Made by a program: the position numbers and the translations under genes. From contig JAJPJQ010000022.1 in the NCBI GenBank assembly GCA_021324155.1, positions 30,450 to 94,449 of the forward strand: a stretch of 64,000 nt of DNA, given 5' to 3'. The notes beneath the pieces were generated by a model that did no database searches, was not told where the DNA came from, and saw nothing but the letters and a program-made list of their open reading frames with translations. Of the stretch, positions 31,062-40,027 are shown one piece after another; within the stretch, counting starts at the first letter, position 1, and the number at the start of each line of letters is the position of its first letter. This stretch comes from Pseudomonadota bacterium. Lineage in GTDB: Bacteria > Desulfobacterota > Binatia > UBA9968.

Positions 31062-32890
31062 TGTGCGGCATCGTCGGATATATCGGCCGGCGCGAGGCGG
31101 CGCCGATCATTCTCGAGAGCCTTCGAAAACTCGAATACCGCGGCTACGATTCGGCCGGAATCGCCGTCTTGAACGGAGAAGGCGTCGCGGTCCACCGATG
31201 TCTCGGAAAGCTCAACAACCTTGAAAAACTTCTATCCGCCAAGCCGCTGGCGGGGAGCCGCGGCATCGGCCACACGCGCTGGGCGACGCACGGAAAGCCC
31301 TCGGAGATCAACGCGCACCCGCACCAAGCCGGCAGCGTCGTCGTCGTGCACAACGGCATTATCGAAAATTACCTCGAGTTGAAAGAATACCTGCTCGGCA
31401 AAGGCGCGCGCTTCGAGTCGGAGACCGACACCGAAATCGTCGCGCATCTCGTCGACGACAAGGTCCGCCAGGGCGCGGATTTCCTCACCGCGGTGCAGAA
31501 GAGCCTGAAGGAGATTCAAGGCTCCTACGCGCTCGTCTTCATGAACCTCAACGATCCCGAGCGCCTGATCGTCGCGAAGAATTCGACTCCGATCGTGCTC
31601 GGCTCCGGCAACGGCGAAACGCTGATCGCCTCGGATATCCCGGCGCTCCTCGACCACACGCGGAAAGTCACTTTCCTCGAGGACGGCGAGATCGCGGAGG
31701 TCAAGGCGGGCGGCTTTCGGGTCATGGACGGCAACGGCAAGGCGATCAGCCGTCCGATCAAGGAGATCACCTGGGACGCCGTCGCGGCACAAAAGGGCGG
31801 CTACCGCCATTTCATGCTGAAGGAAATCCACGAGCAGCCGCGGACCATCACCGACACCTTCCGCGGCCGGATCTCGCTCAAGGAGGGCGCCGTCGCCCTG
31901 GAAGGCGTTCCGTTGACGGTAGCGCAGATGCGGCGCGTAAAGAAGATCCATCTCGTCGCGTGCGGCACCGCATGGCACGCGGCGCTCGTCGGCAAGTTCA
32001 TGCTGGAGGAGATCGCGCGCATTCCGGCCGAGGTCGACTACGGCTCGGAGTTCCGCTACCGTTCGCCGCTCGTCGACCGCGACTCGCTGCTGCTGCTCAT
32101 CAGCCAGTCCGGCGAGACCGCCGACACGCTCGCCGCCGTCGAGACGGCGCGCAAGAAAAAGGCGAAGGTCATCTCCATCTGCAACGTCGTCGATTCGACG
32201 ATCGCGCGGAAATCCGACGGCGTGTTCTATACGCACGCGGGGCCGGAGATCAGCGTCGCGAGCACCAAGGCTTTCACCTCGCAGCTGACCGCGATGTATC
32301 TGCTCGCGATCGGTTTGGGACGGCTCAACGGACGCCTTCCGAAGACCGAGGCGAAGACGCTGCTGGAAGACACGATGCACCTGCCGACGTGGGTCGAGGA
32401 TGCGCTCAAGCTCGACACCGAGATCGAGTCGCTCGCGCGGGACGTCTGCCATGCCGCGGATTTCCTTTATCTCGGCCGCGGCATAAACTATCCCATCGCG
32501 CTCGAAGGCGCGCTCAAGCTCAAAGAGATTTCCTACATTCACGCCGAGGGCTACCCGGCGGGCGAGATGAAGCACGGACCGATCGCGCTCATCGACGAAA
32601 AAGTGCCGGTGGTCGTGCTGCTGCCGCGCGACCGGAATTTTCAAAAGACGCTGTCGAATTTAAAGGAAGTCGAGTCGCGCGGCGGAAAAATCCTCGCGAT
32701 CACGAACCGCCGCGATGAGACGATCGACCGGATTGCGTTCCGAACACTAGTGGTGCCGGAAGCTTCTCACTTCCTCACGCCGATCGTGCTCACGATCCCG
32801 CTCCAGCTGCTCGCGTATTACGTCGCCATCGAGCGCGGCACCGACGTCGATCAGCCGCGCAATCTGGCGAAGAGCGTGACGGTGGAATAA
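31061..32890 (+). CDS. glmS: glutamine--fructose-6-phosphate aminotransferase
   Basis: MCGIVGY N-terminal nucleophile, two SIS domains, and a C-terminal ...AKSVTVE. 609 aa. Confidence 0.97.
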   Translation: MCGIVGYIGRREAAPIILESLRKLEYRGYDSAGIAVLNGEGVAVHRCLGKLNNLEKLLSAKPLAGSRGIGHTRWATHGKPSEINAHPHQAGSVVVVHNGIIENYLELKEYLLGKGARFESETDTEIVAHLVDDKVRQGADFLTAVQKSLKEIQGSYALVFMNLNDPERLIVAKNSTPIVLGSGNGETLIASDIPALLDHTRKVTFLEDGEIAEVKAGGFRVMDGNGKAISRPIKEITWDAVAAQKGGYRHFMLKEIHEQPRTITDTFRGRISLKEGAVALEGVPLTVAQMRRVKKIHLVACGTAWHAALVGKFMLEEIARIPAEVDYGSEFRYRSPLVDRDSLLLLISQSGETADTLAAVETARKKKAKVISICNVVDSTIARKSDGVFYTHAGPEISVASTKAFTSQLTAMYLLAIGLGRLNGRLPKTEAKTLLEDTMHLPTWVEDALKLDTEIESLARDVCHAADFLYLGRGINYPIALEGALKLKEISYIHAEGYPAGEMKHGPIALIDEKVPVVVLLPRDRNFQKTLSNLKEVESRGGKILAITNRRDETIDRIAFRTLVVPEASHFLTPIVLTIPLQLLAYYVAIERGTDVDQPRNLAKSVTVE

Positions 32891-32919
32891 ATAATCTAGG
32901 AGCGGGCTTCAAACCCGCC

Positions 32920-33519
32920 CTACGCGGATCGTCCCTTAAATCCCCGCGCGGCGAAATAAATTTCCGATGATCCCTTGCGGGTCGCCTCGGGGCGGCTGCG
33001 CTCGACGTTCTGGAAATCCATTTTAAGCTCGTCGAAATATTCGCGCAGCTCGTCGGCGGCGAACGTCTTGACTAAAAAGCCGCCGCCAGGCCGCAGCAGC
33101 TCGCGCGCGATGCGGTGCGCCATGCGGGCGAGCTCGATCGAGCGGGCGATGTCGGCGTCGCGAATGCCGGAGAGATGCGGCGCCAGGTCGGAGAGCACGG
33201 CATCGGCCGGCGCGCCCAGCGCCTCTTTGATTTTCGCCTGCCACTCCGCCGATGTGGCGTCGCCCTGCATCGTAGCGACGTTCGCCGCTACCGGCGCGAT
33301 CGGCTGGAGATCGATGCCGACGACCTTTCCTTTGGGCCCGGCGAGCTCGACGGCGACCTGGAGCCAGCCGCCGGGCGCCGCGCCGAGGTCGACGACGCGG
33401 TCGCCGGGCTTGATCAGGCGAAAGCGGCGCGCCAGCTCCATAAGCTTGTACGCCGCGCGCGAGCGGTAACCCTCTTTTTTCGCCTTGCGGTAGAAGGCGT
33501 CTTTCGGCTGATAGCTCAT
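32920..33519 (-). CDS. rlmE: 23S rRNA (uridine2552-2'-O)-methyltransferase
   Basis: YRSRAAYKLMEL and VVDLGAAPGGW SAM motif. 199 aa. Confidence 0.92.
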   Translation of the reverse strand: MSYQPKDAFYRKAKKEGYRSRAAYKLMELARRFRLIKPGDRVVDLGAAPGGWLQVAVELAGPKGKVVGIDLQPIAPVAANVATMQGDATSAEWQAKIKEALGAPADAVLSDLAPHLSGIRDADIARSIELARMAHRIARELLRPGGGFLVKTFAADELREYFDELKMDFQNVERSRPEATRKGSSEIYFAARGFKGRSA

Positions 33520-33580
33520 AACACCGATGGGAAGTGAGTTTCACGCCTTGGGAGTTGAATTCAAATATAACTCAACGAAT

Positions 33581-33613
33581 AAAAAAAGGCCCGGCGTTTC
33601 CGCCGGGCCTTTT
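33581..33613 (-). terminator. Rho-independent terminator after the OmpA-like gene (bidirectional architecture)
   Basis: A7-GGCCCGGCG-tttc-CGCCGGGCC-T4. This is a 9-bp GC stem with a 4-nt loop, and the minus-strand transcript gets a 7-U tail. Confidence 0.8.
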
Positions 33614-33633
33614 AAACGATCAGAAATTACTAG

Positions 33634-34404
33634 TTATTTTGTGTTCGCGCTGATCCTAAACTCCACGCGGCGGTTGACCGCGCGCGCCCAGTCGGTCTTC
33701 TGGTCAATGAGCGGCTTCGAGTAGCCGAAGCTCGTGACCGTCAGCCGGCTGGCATCGACGCCAAGCGACGCGAGCTCCTGCATGACGCGCTGCGCGCGCC
33801 GCATGCCGAGCCGCTGGTTGTATTCCTCGGTGCCGATCGAGTCGGTATGACCCTCGATCGCGACGACGGCGTCGCCTTTCTCCTTGATCTGCTGCGCGAG
33901 CAGGTAGACTTTTCCTTTGCCGATATCGGTGAGCTCGGCCGAGTCGAAGCGAAAAGCGATATCCGGGAAAACGAGCCGCTCGACCTCTACAACCTTAGGA
34001 ACTTCCTGATAGACGGTTTTCTCAACCGAGACTTGCTGAACGGTTACGCGCTCGGCGACCGGCTCCTGCGGCGCCGAGACGCGCGGCGGCGGCACGGGAC
34101 GGCCATAGACGCGCTTCGGCACGCCGAAATCGTACCCAGGCTCGGGGTCGGTGAAAATCGGCGGATGGGGATGATGGCCGAAGATGTACTCCTGCGCCGG
34201 GGTCGCGCTCACGAGCCAGTGAAAGGGACGGAACACGAACCACTCGGCCATAACACCCGCCGGGTGTAGGGCATACGCAATGACCCTGAGTGGATTGGAC
34301 TGGCTGTCGTCATACTCGTCCGGCGCGGCAAAGCTAACCTTCGGGAAAACCGTAAGTGCGGCGGATACCGCGATTACTGCAGCAAGCGAACGTGTTCGCT
34401 TCAT
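33634..34404 (-). CDS. OmpA-family peptidoglycan-associated protein
   Basis: Signal peptide. C-terminal OmpA_C domain (FRFDSAELT ... IEGHTDSIGTEEYNQRLGMRRAQ ... NRRVEF). Confidence 0.88.
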   Translation of the reverse strand: MKRTRSLAAVIAVSAALTVFPKVSFAAPDEYDDSQSNPLRVIAYALHPAGVMAEWFVFRPFHWLVSATPAQEYIFGHHPHPPIFTDPEPGYDFGVPKRVYGRPVPPPRVSAPQEPVAERVTVQQVSVEKTVYQEVPKVVEVERLVFPDIAFRFDSAELTDIGKGKVYLLAQQIKEKGDAVVAIEGHTDSIGTEEYNQRLGMRRAQRVMQELASLGVDASRLTVTSFGYSKPLIDQKTDWARAVNRRVEFRISANTK

Positions 34405-34436
34405 AAATGACCCTCCTCGTAACTCCGGGCGTTAGT

Positions 34437-34465
34437 AGTCTAAGTTTAGCGCCAATCTTTGTCAA
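34437..34465 (-). promoter_or_regulatory. candidate sigma-70 promoter for the OmpA-like gene (TTGACA-N17-TAGACT on minus strand)
   Basis: Perfect -35 with a 17-nt spacer, 32 nt upstream of the ATG at 34404. Confidence 0.4.
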
Positions 34466-34588
34466 ACAACGCCGCACTCTTGTAAAAACCGGATGCGTAG
34501 TTTAAAAGGAAGAAAGTCGTCCCGGGCCGCCTATTTTGGCTCAAATGCCAGGATAAAACGCAGAGGACTCCCTTCCTCACTCTTTCTG

Positions 34589-35347
34589 ATGACTATTCTC
34601 ATGCAAGAAAGAGACCGGGTCGCCTGGATAACCCTCGACCGGCCCCCCCTTAATGTTCTTAACCTGCCGATGCTGGCGGAGTTCCGGGCTTTTCTGGACT
34701 CATTCAGGGCTGACCCGGCCATCGACCACATCGTGATCCGAGGCGCCGGCCGGGCATTTTCCGCCGGCGTGGACATTAAAGACCACACACGCGAAAAGGT
34801 ACCTGCGATGCTCGATGCAGTCCACGGCATCATCCGGGCGCTGCTGGCGCTGCCGCAGGTCACGATTGCCGCGGTAAGCGGCGCGTGCCTGGGCGGCGGC
34901 GTAGAGCTTGCCAGCGCCTGCGATTTCATTCTGGCGACCGAAGACAGCTTTTTCGCGACGCCGGAGATCAACGTCGGCTGTTATCCTCCGGTTGCGCTCG
35001 CGCGCTTTCCCGAGCAGCTGGGTTATCGACGCGCCGCGGACATGATTCTGACCGGCCGGCGGTTCACGGCGGCGGAGGCGCTTTCGATCGGCCTCGTCAC
35101 GCGTGTCGTTCCCGCCGGTAAGCTCGACGAAGGCGTCGAAGAGCTGCTGCGGGAACTCGCGAGCAAAAGCCGCGCGGTGTTACGAATCGCGCTGAAAGGC
35201 CTCCGCGAAGCATCGCTGAAGAATTTTCCCGCCATGTTGAAACGGTCGGAAGAGATCTATCTGAGAGAGCTACTCGAGACCGAGGATGTCGAGGAGGGCG
35301 TCAAGGCGTTCCTCGAAAAACGGCCGCCGCAGTGGAGCCACCGCTAG
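34589..35347 (+). CDS. enoyl-CoA hydratase/isomerase (crotonase) family protein
   Basis: VAWITLDRPPLNVLN, GAGRAFSAGVDIKD and ACLGGGVELA oxyanion-hole motifs. I chose the start at ATG 34589; the longer ORF from 34493 is unlikely. Confidence 0.85.
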   Translation: MTILMQERDRVAWITLDRPPLNVLNLPMLAEFRAFLDSFRADPAIDHIVIRGAGRAFSAGVDIKDHTREKVPAMLDAVHGIIRALLALPQVTIAAVSGACLGGGVELASACDFILATEDSFFATPEINVGCYPPVALARFPEQLGYRRAADMILTGRRFTAAEALSIGLVTRVVPAGKLDEGVEELLRELASKSRAVLRIALKGLREASLKNFPAMLKRSEEIYLRELLETEDVEEGVKAFLEKRPPQWSHR

Positions 35348-35352
35348 CACCG

Positions 35353-36120
35353 ATGAAGGATTTTGAGATCAAGATCACCCGGCAACCGGAGGACATCCTC
35401 GCCGCGCAAAAGCTTCGCTTCGAGGTGTTCAACCTGGAGATGAAAAAGGGCCTCGAGTCGTCCTACGCGCGCGGTCTCGACGTGGACGACTTCGATCCGA
35501 TCTGCGATCATCTGATCGTGCGCGAGCGCAAAAGCCGGCGCGTCGTCGGAACGTACCGACTGATGCTTGGCTCAACCGCCCGAAAGCATTTCGGCTTTTA
35601 TTCCGAGCGCGAGTTCGAGCTCGAGCGCATCAAGCGGCTCGACGGCGAGCTTCTCGAGCTCGGCCGCTCCTGCGCGCACAAAGACTACCGCGACCGGTCC
35701 CTGATTCATCTGATGTGGCAGTCCATTGCCGAATTTGTAAAGCAGCACCGCGTCCGGTATCTGTTCGGTTGCGCCAGTTTTCCGACGACGGACCCGCGTA
35801 AAGTAAGCCGGGCGATCGCTCTCATGAAGCAAAAATACTATGCAGAAGAACCGTTCCGAGTCGAGCCGCTGCCGAAGCTGAGGATCGAGGCTCTCGACGG
35901 AAACGCCGCGATCGGGGATGCCGACGAAGTATTCTCGCGGCTCCCGAGCCTGATCAAAGGCTACCTGCGTCTCGGCTCGCGCGTGTGCGGGCCGCCCGCG
36001 CTCGACCTCGAGTTCGGCACGACGGATCTGTTCCTGCTCCTCGACACCTCGAAGATCAGCGGTGCGTATCTCAAGCGTTTCGGTCTTTCGGCCTCGGATG
36101 TGAGCGATGCGAATCGTTAA
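35353..36120 (+). CDS. OlsB-like GNAT N-acyltransferase (N-acyl amino acid / lyso-aminolipid synthase family)
   Basis: LRFEVFNLEM ... DxFD ... HLIV ... VGTYRL ... ELGRSC. This is the Acetyltransf_5 pattern of the OlsB/GlsB-type enzymes. Confidence 0.7.
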   Translation: MKDFEIKITRQPEDILAAQKLRFEVFNLEMKKGLESSYARGLDVDDFDPICDHLIVRERKSRRVVGTYRLMLGSTARKHFGFYSEREFELERIKRLDGELLELGRSCAHKDYRDRSLIHLMWQSIAEFVKQHRVRYLFGCASFPTTDPRKVSRAIALMKQKYYAEEPFRVEPLPKLRIEALDGNAAIGDADEVFSRLPSLIKGYLRLGSRVCGPPALDLEFGTTDLFLLLDTSKISGAYLKRFGLSASDVSDANR

Positions 36121-36922
36121 ACTCGTAACATTTTTCGCCGTGTGGGGATTGCTGTTCGTCGCCGCCATCGTGGTGCGGCTATGGATCGTGCTATGGCGAC
36201 CGCGCAACGGCTGGCGCATCGTCGCGGAGATGACGCGCCGGTTCGTCGCCATGCTCATGACGATCGTCGGCATTCGCATCACCGTGCAGGGCGACCTCGA
36301 ACTGCTCGATGTCGAAGGCGCCGTGATCGCGGCCAATCACATGGGCTACCTCGACGGCTTTGTCCTGGGCAGTCTTTTTCCGGTCATCTTCATCACCAAG
36401 GGTGAGGTCCGGCGCTGGCCGGTGATCGGGCTCTGGACCAAGCTTTGCGGCACGATCTATATCGACCGCCAGCGGAAGGGCAAGATCACGATGGCGGTCG
36501 AGGAGATCGTCGACCGACTCGATCAAAAAGCGAACATCCTGATTTTCCCGGAAGGCACTTCGACGAACGGCGAGCATCTGCTGCCGTTTCAGACCGCGCC
36601 GTTCGCCGCGCCGCTGCGGGCGCATGCGCCGGTCCTGCCCCTGACGATCACGTATCGGAGAATCGACGGCGAGTCGGTCTCGGAGAAGAACCGCGATAAA
36701 GTCTACTGGTACGGCGACATGGATTTCATGCCGCACTTCTGGGGCGTTCTAGGATTGAAGAGAGTCGAGGTCGCCGTCCGAATCCACACGCCTATCGCCA
36801 CCGCGCAATTCAAGAACAATTCGCTCAGCCGCAGGCAACTGAGCCTCGCGTGCCATAACGCGATCGCCGGCGGCCTCGCCCAAGAAAGACAGCACGCGCG
36901 CGCGCCGCGCACGTCAAATTAA
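36107..36922 (+). CDS. lysophospholipid (PlsC/OlsA-like) O-acyltransferase
   Basis: N-terminal TM segment, NHMGYLD (NHxxxxD) and FPEGTSTNG motifs. Overlaps the OlsB-like gene by 14 nt. Confidence 0.8.
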   Translation: MRIVKLVTFFAVWGLLFVAAIVVRLWIVLWRPRNGWRIVAEMTRRFVAMLMTIVGIRITVQGDLELLDVEGAVIAANHMGYLDGFVLGSLFPVIFITKGEVRRWPVIGLWTKLCGTIYIDRQRKGKITMAVEEIVDRLDQKANILIFPEGTSTNGEHLLPFQTAPFAAPLRAHAPVLPLTITYRRIDGESVSEKNRDKVYWYGDMDFMPHFWGVLGLKRVEVAVRIHTPIATAQFKNNSLSRRQLSLACHNAIAGGLAQERQHARAPRTSN

Positions 36923-36937
36923 ATTCGTTCGGCTTCG

Positions 36938-37387
36938 TCAGGCGGTGAGCTGCCGCTTGATGTTGTCGACGAACTGCTGCAGCATCTGGTCGGCTTTTTT
37001 GCGGATGATAGGCTGGCCGAACTCACCGATCTTGCCGAGGATATTGACATCGGTCTCGACCACGAGCTCGGTTTCTTTCGGACCGAGCTCCTTGAGCTCC
37101 ATGGTGGTCTTGCCCTTCACCGCGCCGGCCGCCATACGGTCGTTGGCTTCCGCCCGCAGGGCAGCGCGCCAGCGCTCCTTGTCCTGCTCTTCGAGAAAAA
37201 TCTTGCCTTGAAGGTTGAGCGCGATCGGCCCGACGCGGACCTTGAGCACTCCTTGATAGGTCGTGTCGTCGATGCGGCTGACCGACTCGACGCCGGGCAG
37301 CGACTGCGCCACTTTCGGCACGTCCATGAGAAAATTCCAAAGCGGCTCTCGGGCGGCCGGAATGACCGCGCGCTGGCTGAATTTCAT
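36938..37387 (-). CDS. coxG: CoxG-like SRPBCC protein
   Basis: 149 aa with FLMDVPKVAQSLPGVES ... VRVGPIALNLQGK, typical of carbon monoxide dehydrogenase subunit G family proteins. Confidence 0.8.
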   Translation of the reverse strand: MKFSQRAVIPAAREPLWNFLMDVPKVAQSLPGVESVSRIDDTTYQGVLKVRVGPIALNLQGKIFLEEQDKERWRAALRAEANDRMAAGAVKGKTTMELKELGPKETELVVETDVNILGKIGEFGQPIIRKKADQMLQQFVDNIKRQLTA

Positions 37388-37388
37388 G

Positions 37389-38288
37389 TTAGCGTTTCCC
37401 TTTCGGCGCGGACTTCGGAAGCTTGACGAGACCTTCGAGCGCCTTGGTCAGCGCGCGGCGCACGAAAACCCCGGCCATCTCTTTTTTATAAGCGGCGGAG
37501 CCGCGAAAATCGCTGATCGGATCGACCGCCTGCTTGGCCTTCTCGCCTGCTTCGACCAGCGCTTCCGCCTTCACCGGCTGTCCGCGCAGCACCGCTTCCG
37601 CCTCGCGCGCGCGAATCGGCGTCGTGCCGACGCTGCCGAGCGCGATGCGCACGTCGGCGAAGCTCTTCTTGCTTTTGTCGAGCGTCACGACCGCCGCAGC
37701 GGAAACCGTCGCATAATCGTCGGCGGTGCGCGGAAGAAATTTAAGGTATGCCGCGCCGCTGTTCGCCGGCAGGCGGGGCACATAAAGCTCGGTGATGATT
37801 TCCTCAGGCTTCAGCACGGTCTCGTAGTAATCGGTGAAAAAATCTTCCAGCGGAATCGTCCGGCTGCCGTCCGCCGACGCCGCTTTGACACTCGCGCCGA
37901 GCGCAATCAAAGTCGGCGGCGGGTCCTGGTTTGGATCGGCGTGCGCGAGGCCGCCGCCGACCGTCGCCATGTTGCGAACGCGCACGGTCGCGACGTGATG
38001 ATAAGTCTCGGCGAGCACCGGCAGGCGGCGCTTGACCAGCGACGAGCCTTCGACGGCGCGGTGCGTAGTGCCGCCGCCGATCGCGATGCCGCCGTTTTTC
38101 TCGGCGATGCCGTTGAGGCCGCGCACCGCGCGCAGGCTCACGAGACACGCGGGACGGACAAGCCGCTGCTTCATCATGATGACGAGCGCGGTGCCGCCGG
38201 CGATGAGCTTGGCGTCGCTGCCGAACTGCTTTAAATCCTGTTGAACTTCTTTGACCGTTTTTGGGGTTCGGTATTCGAAGGCTTGCAT
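37389..38288 (-). CDS. xanthine dehydrogenase/CODH-family FAD-binding (medium) subunit
   Basis: FAD_binding_5 pattern (LIAGGTALVIMMK ... GGTTHRAVE ... VRNMATVGG) plus a CO_deh_flav_C tail (RGSAAYKKEMAGV). Confidence 0.88.
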   Translation of the reverse strand: MQAFEYRTPKTVKEVQQDLKQFGSDAKLIAGGTALVIMMKQRLVRPACLVSLRAVRGLNGIAEKNGGIAIGGGTTHRAVEGSSLVKRRLPVLAETYHHVATVRVRNMATVGGGLAHADPNQDPPPTLIALGASVKAASADGSRTIPLEDFFTDYYETVLKPEEIITELYVPRLPANSGAAYLKFLPRTADDYATVSAAAVVTLDKSKKSFADVRIALGSVGTTPIRAREAEAVLRGQPVKAEALVEAGEKAKQAVDPISDFRGSAAYKKEMAGVFVRRALTKALEGLVKLPKSAPKGKR

Positions 38289-38297
38289 GGCGTTGTC

Positions 38298-38762
38298 CTA
38301 TTTGAACTGATGCGCTTTTTGGATCGATTCGATGATCTTGTAATAGCCGGTGCAGCGGCAGAGATTGCCCATCATCCAGTCCTTGATCTGCTCCTCGTTG
38401 GGCTTGGGTACTTTATCGAGCAGCGACTTCGCCGCCACGACCTGGCCCGGCGTGCAGATGCCGCACTGGAAGCCGCCGTACTTGATGAAGCTCTGCTGCA
38501 CCGGGTGGAGCTTGCCGTTTTTCGCGAGCCCCTCGACGGTCGTGAGCTCGTGCCCGTCGGCAAAAACGGCCGGCGCGATGCACGAGCTGACCATTTCGCC
38601 GTCCATCAAGACCGTACAGGCGCCGCAGACGCCGACGCTGCAGCCTTCTTTGGTGCCGGTGAGCCCGAGATCGTAGCGGATAAAATCGACCATCATGCGG
38701 TTGGTGTCGACTTCGCGCTCGACTTTTTTGCCGTTGACGCGCGTGCGAATCTTTTTCTTCAT
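38298..38762 (-). CDS. [2Fe-2S]-binding (small) subunit of xanthine dehydrogenase/CODH family
   Basis: GCSVGVCGACTV and QCGICTPG ... CRCTGY cluster motifs. I chose the start at MKKKIRTRVNG. Confidence 0.9.
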   Translation of the reverse strand: MKKKIRTRVNGKKVEREVDTNRMMVDFIRYDLGLTGTKEGCSVGVCGACTVLMDGEMVSSCIAPAVFADGHELTTVEGLAKNGKLHPVQQSFIKYGGFQCGICTPGQVVAAKSLLDKVPKPNEEQIKDWMMGNLCRCTGYYKIIESIQKAHQFK

Positions 38763-38911
38763 GCCCCAGCCTTTCGCAGCTTTGAATGGGAGAATTGCGG
38801 TCGGTGACAACCCGATGCCGCTATGTTATAGAAAGATTTCGCTGAAACTGCAAGCAGCCTAAGACGCGAATTTTATCTCGTTTTTCGAGGGAAATCGTCG
38901 CCGAGGACGCC

Positions 38912-40021
38912 ATGTTTCTTACCGATCGGGTCAAAGAAGAACGCTATCGCCAGGTCCGCCGGTCCATGGCCGAAAAAGGCCTCGACGCGATCGTCGCGCG
39001 CGGCTCCAGCGCCGTGCGCGGCGACGGCGCGGCTTTTCGCTACCTGACCGACTTTCCCAATATCAATATCCAGCTGGTTCTCGTCTTCTTCCGCGATGAA
39101 TCGAAACCGCCGGTGCTGCTGGTCGAGTCGCGGTTTCAGGCGATGCGGGCGAAAAAATTTTCCTGGGTGCCCGACATCCGCCTCAGCAACCGTTTTCTCG
39201 ACTCCTTGATCGAGGTCCTGCGCGAAAAAGGCATGGAGCGCGCGACCATCGGCGTCGACGGCATGGACCGCCTGCCCTATCTCTGGGTCGAGCGCATCGA
39301 GGAGTCGTTCCCGCAGATGAAGATCGCCGAGTTCGGCCCAGAGCTCAAGAAGCTCCGCGCCACCGTGGACGGCGACGAGACGAAGCTCGTCAAGAAATCC
39401 GCCGCGCTCGTCGATCACGCGTTCACGGAAGGCATCAAGCGCATCAAGCCCGGCAAGACCGAGTGGGAAGTCATGGCCTATATCGACTTCCTGCTGAAAA
39501 GCGAAGGAGTCGAAAAAAGCTTCAACATCATCTCGCAGGGGCCGAAGGTCGACGCGTATCCCGCCTCGGGCCGCAAAATCCCCAAAAAAGGAATGATTTT
39601 CGTCGAGATCACGGCGCAGTATGGCGGCTATTGGACGCAGCTCGCGCGCGCGGTCTCGCTCGGCAAGGCGGACAAGGACCTGGTCAAGATGCACGAGGTG
39701 TCGGTCGGGGCGATCAAGCGTGCGCTCAAAACTCTGAAGCCTGGCTACAAAGTCGCGCACCCGATGGGCGAGATGGAAAAATTCGTCCGCGAATCGGGCC
39801 TGGATTGCACGCCGGTTTACGGCCACATCGTGGGCATCGACATGGTCGAGGACCGGCCGACGCCGCAAAATCAGACCGACATCGTCCCCGGCATGGTCTT
39901 CATCGTCCACCCCTGGCCGCTGCTCGGGGAAAGCTCGCTTTTATGGGGCGAGACTTACCTCACGACGGCTAACGGCAACCAGCGGCTCAACAAGGTCGGC
40001 GACGAGCTGATCGTTCTGTGA
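38912..40021 (+). CDS. M24-family metallopeptidase (Xaa-Pro peptidase/creatinase-like)
   Basis: Creatinase_N-like N-terminus followed by a pita-bread C-terminal domain (HIVGIDMVE ... MVFIVHP). 369 aa. Confidence 0.8.
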   Translation: MFLTDRVKEERYRQVRRSMAEKGLDAIVARGSSAVRGDGAAFRYLTDFPNINIQLVLVFFRDESKPPVLLVESRFQAMRAKKFSWVPDIRLSNRFLDSLIEVLREKGMERATIGVDGMDRLPYLWVERIEESFPQMKIAEFGPELKKLRATVDGDETKLVKKSAALVDHAFTEGIKRIKPGKTEWEVMAYIDFLLKSEGVEKSFNIISQGPKVDAYPASGRKIPKKGMIFVEITAQYGGYWTQLARAVSLGKADKDLVKMHEVSVGAIKRALKTLKPGYKVAHPMGEMEKFVRESGLDCTPVYGHIVGIDMVEDRPTPQNQTDIVPGMVFIVHPWPLLGESSLLWGETYLTTANGNQRLNKVGDELIVL

Positions 40022-40027
40022 CGCGCC

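Noticed and set aside
32891-32919. Bidirectional terminator between the convergent glmS and rlmE genes
   Set aside because: There is only a 5-6 bp stem (GCGGG-cttcaaa-CCCGC) with a 7-nt loop and no flanking T/A tracts. This is too weak to call.
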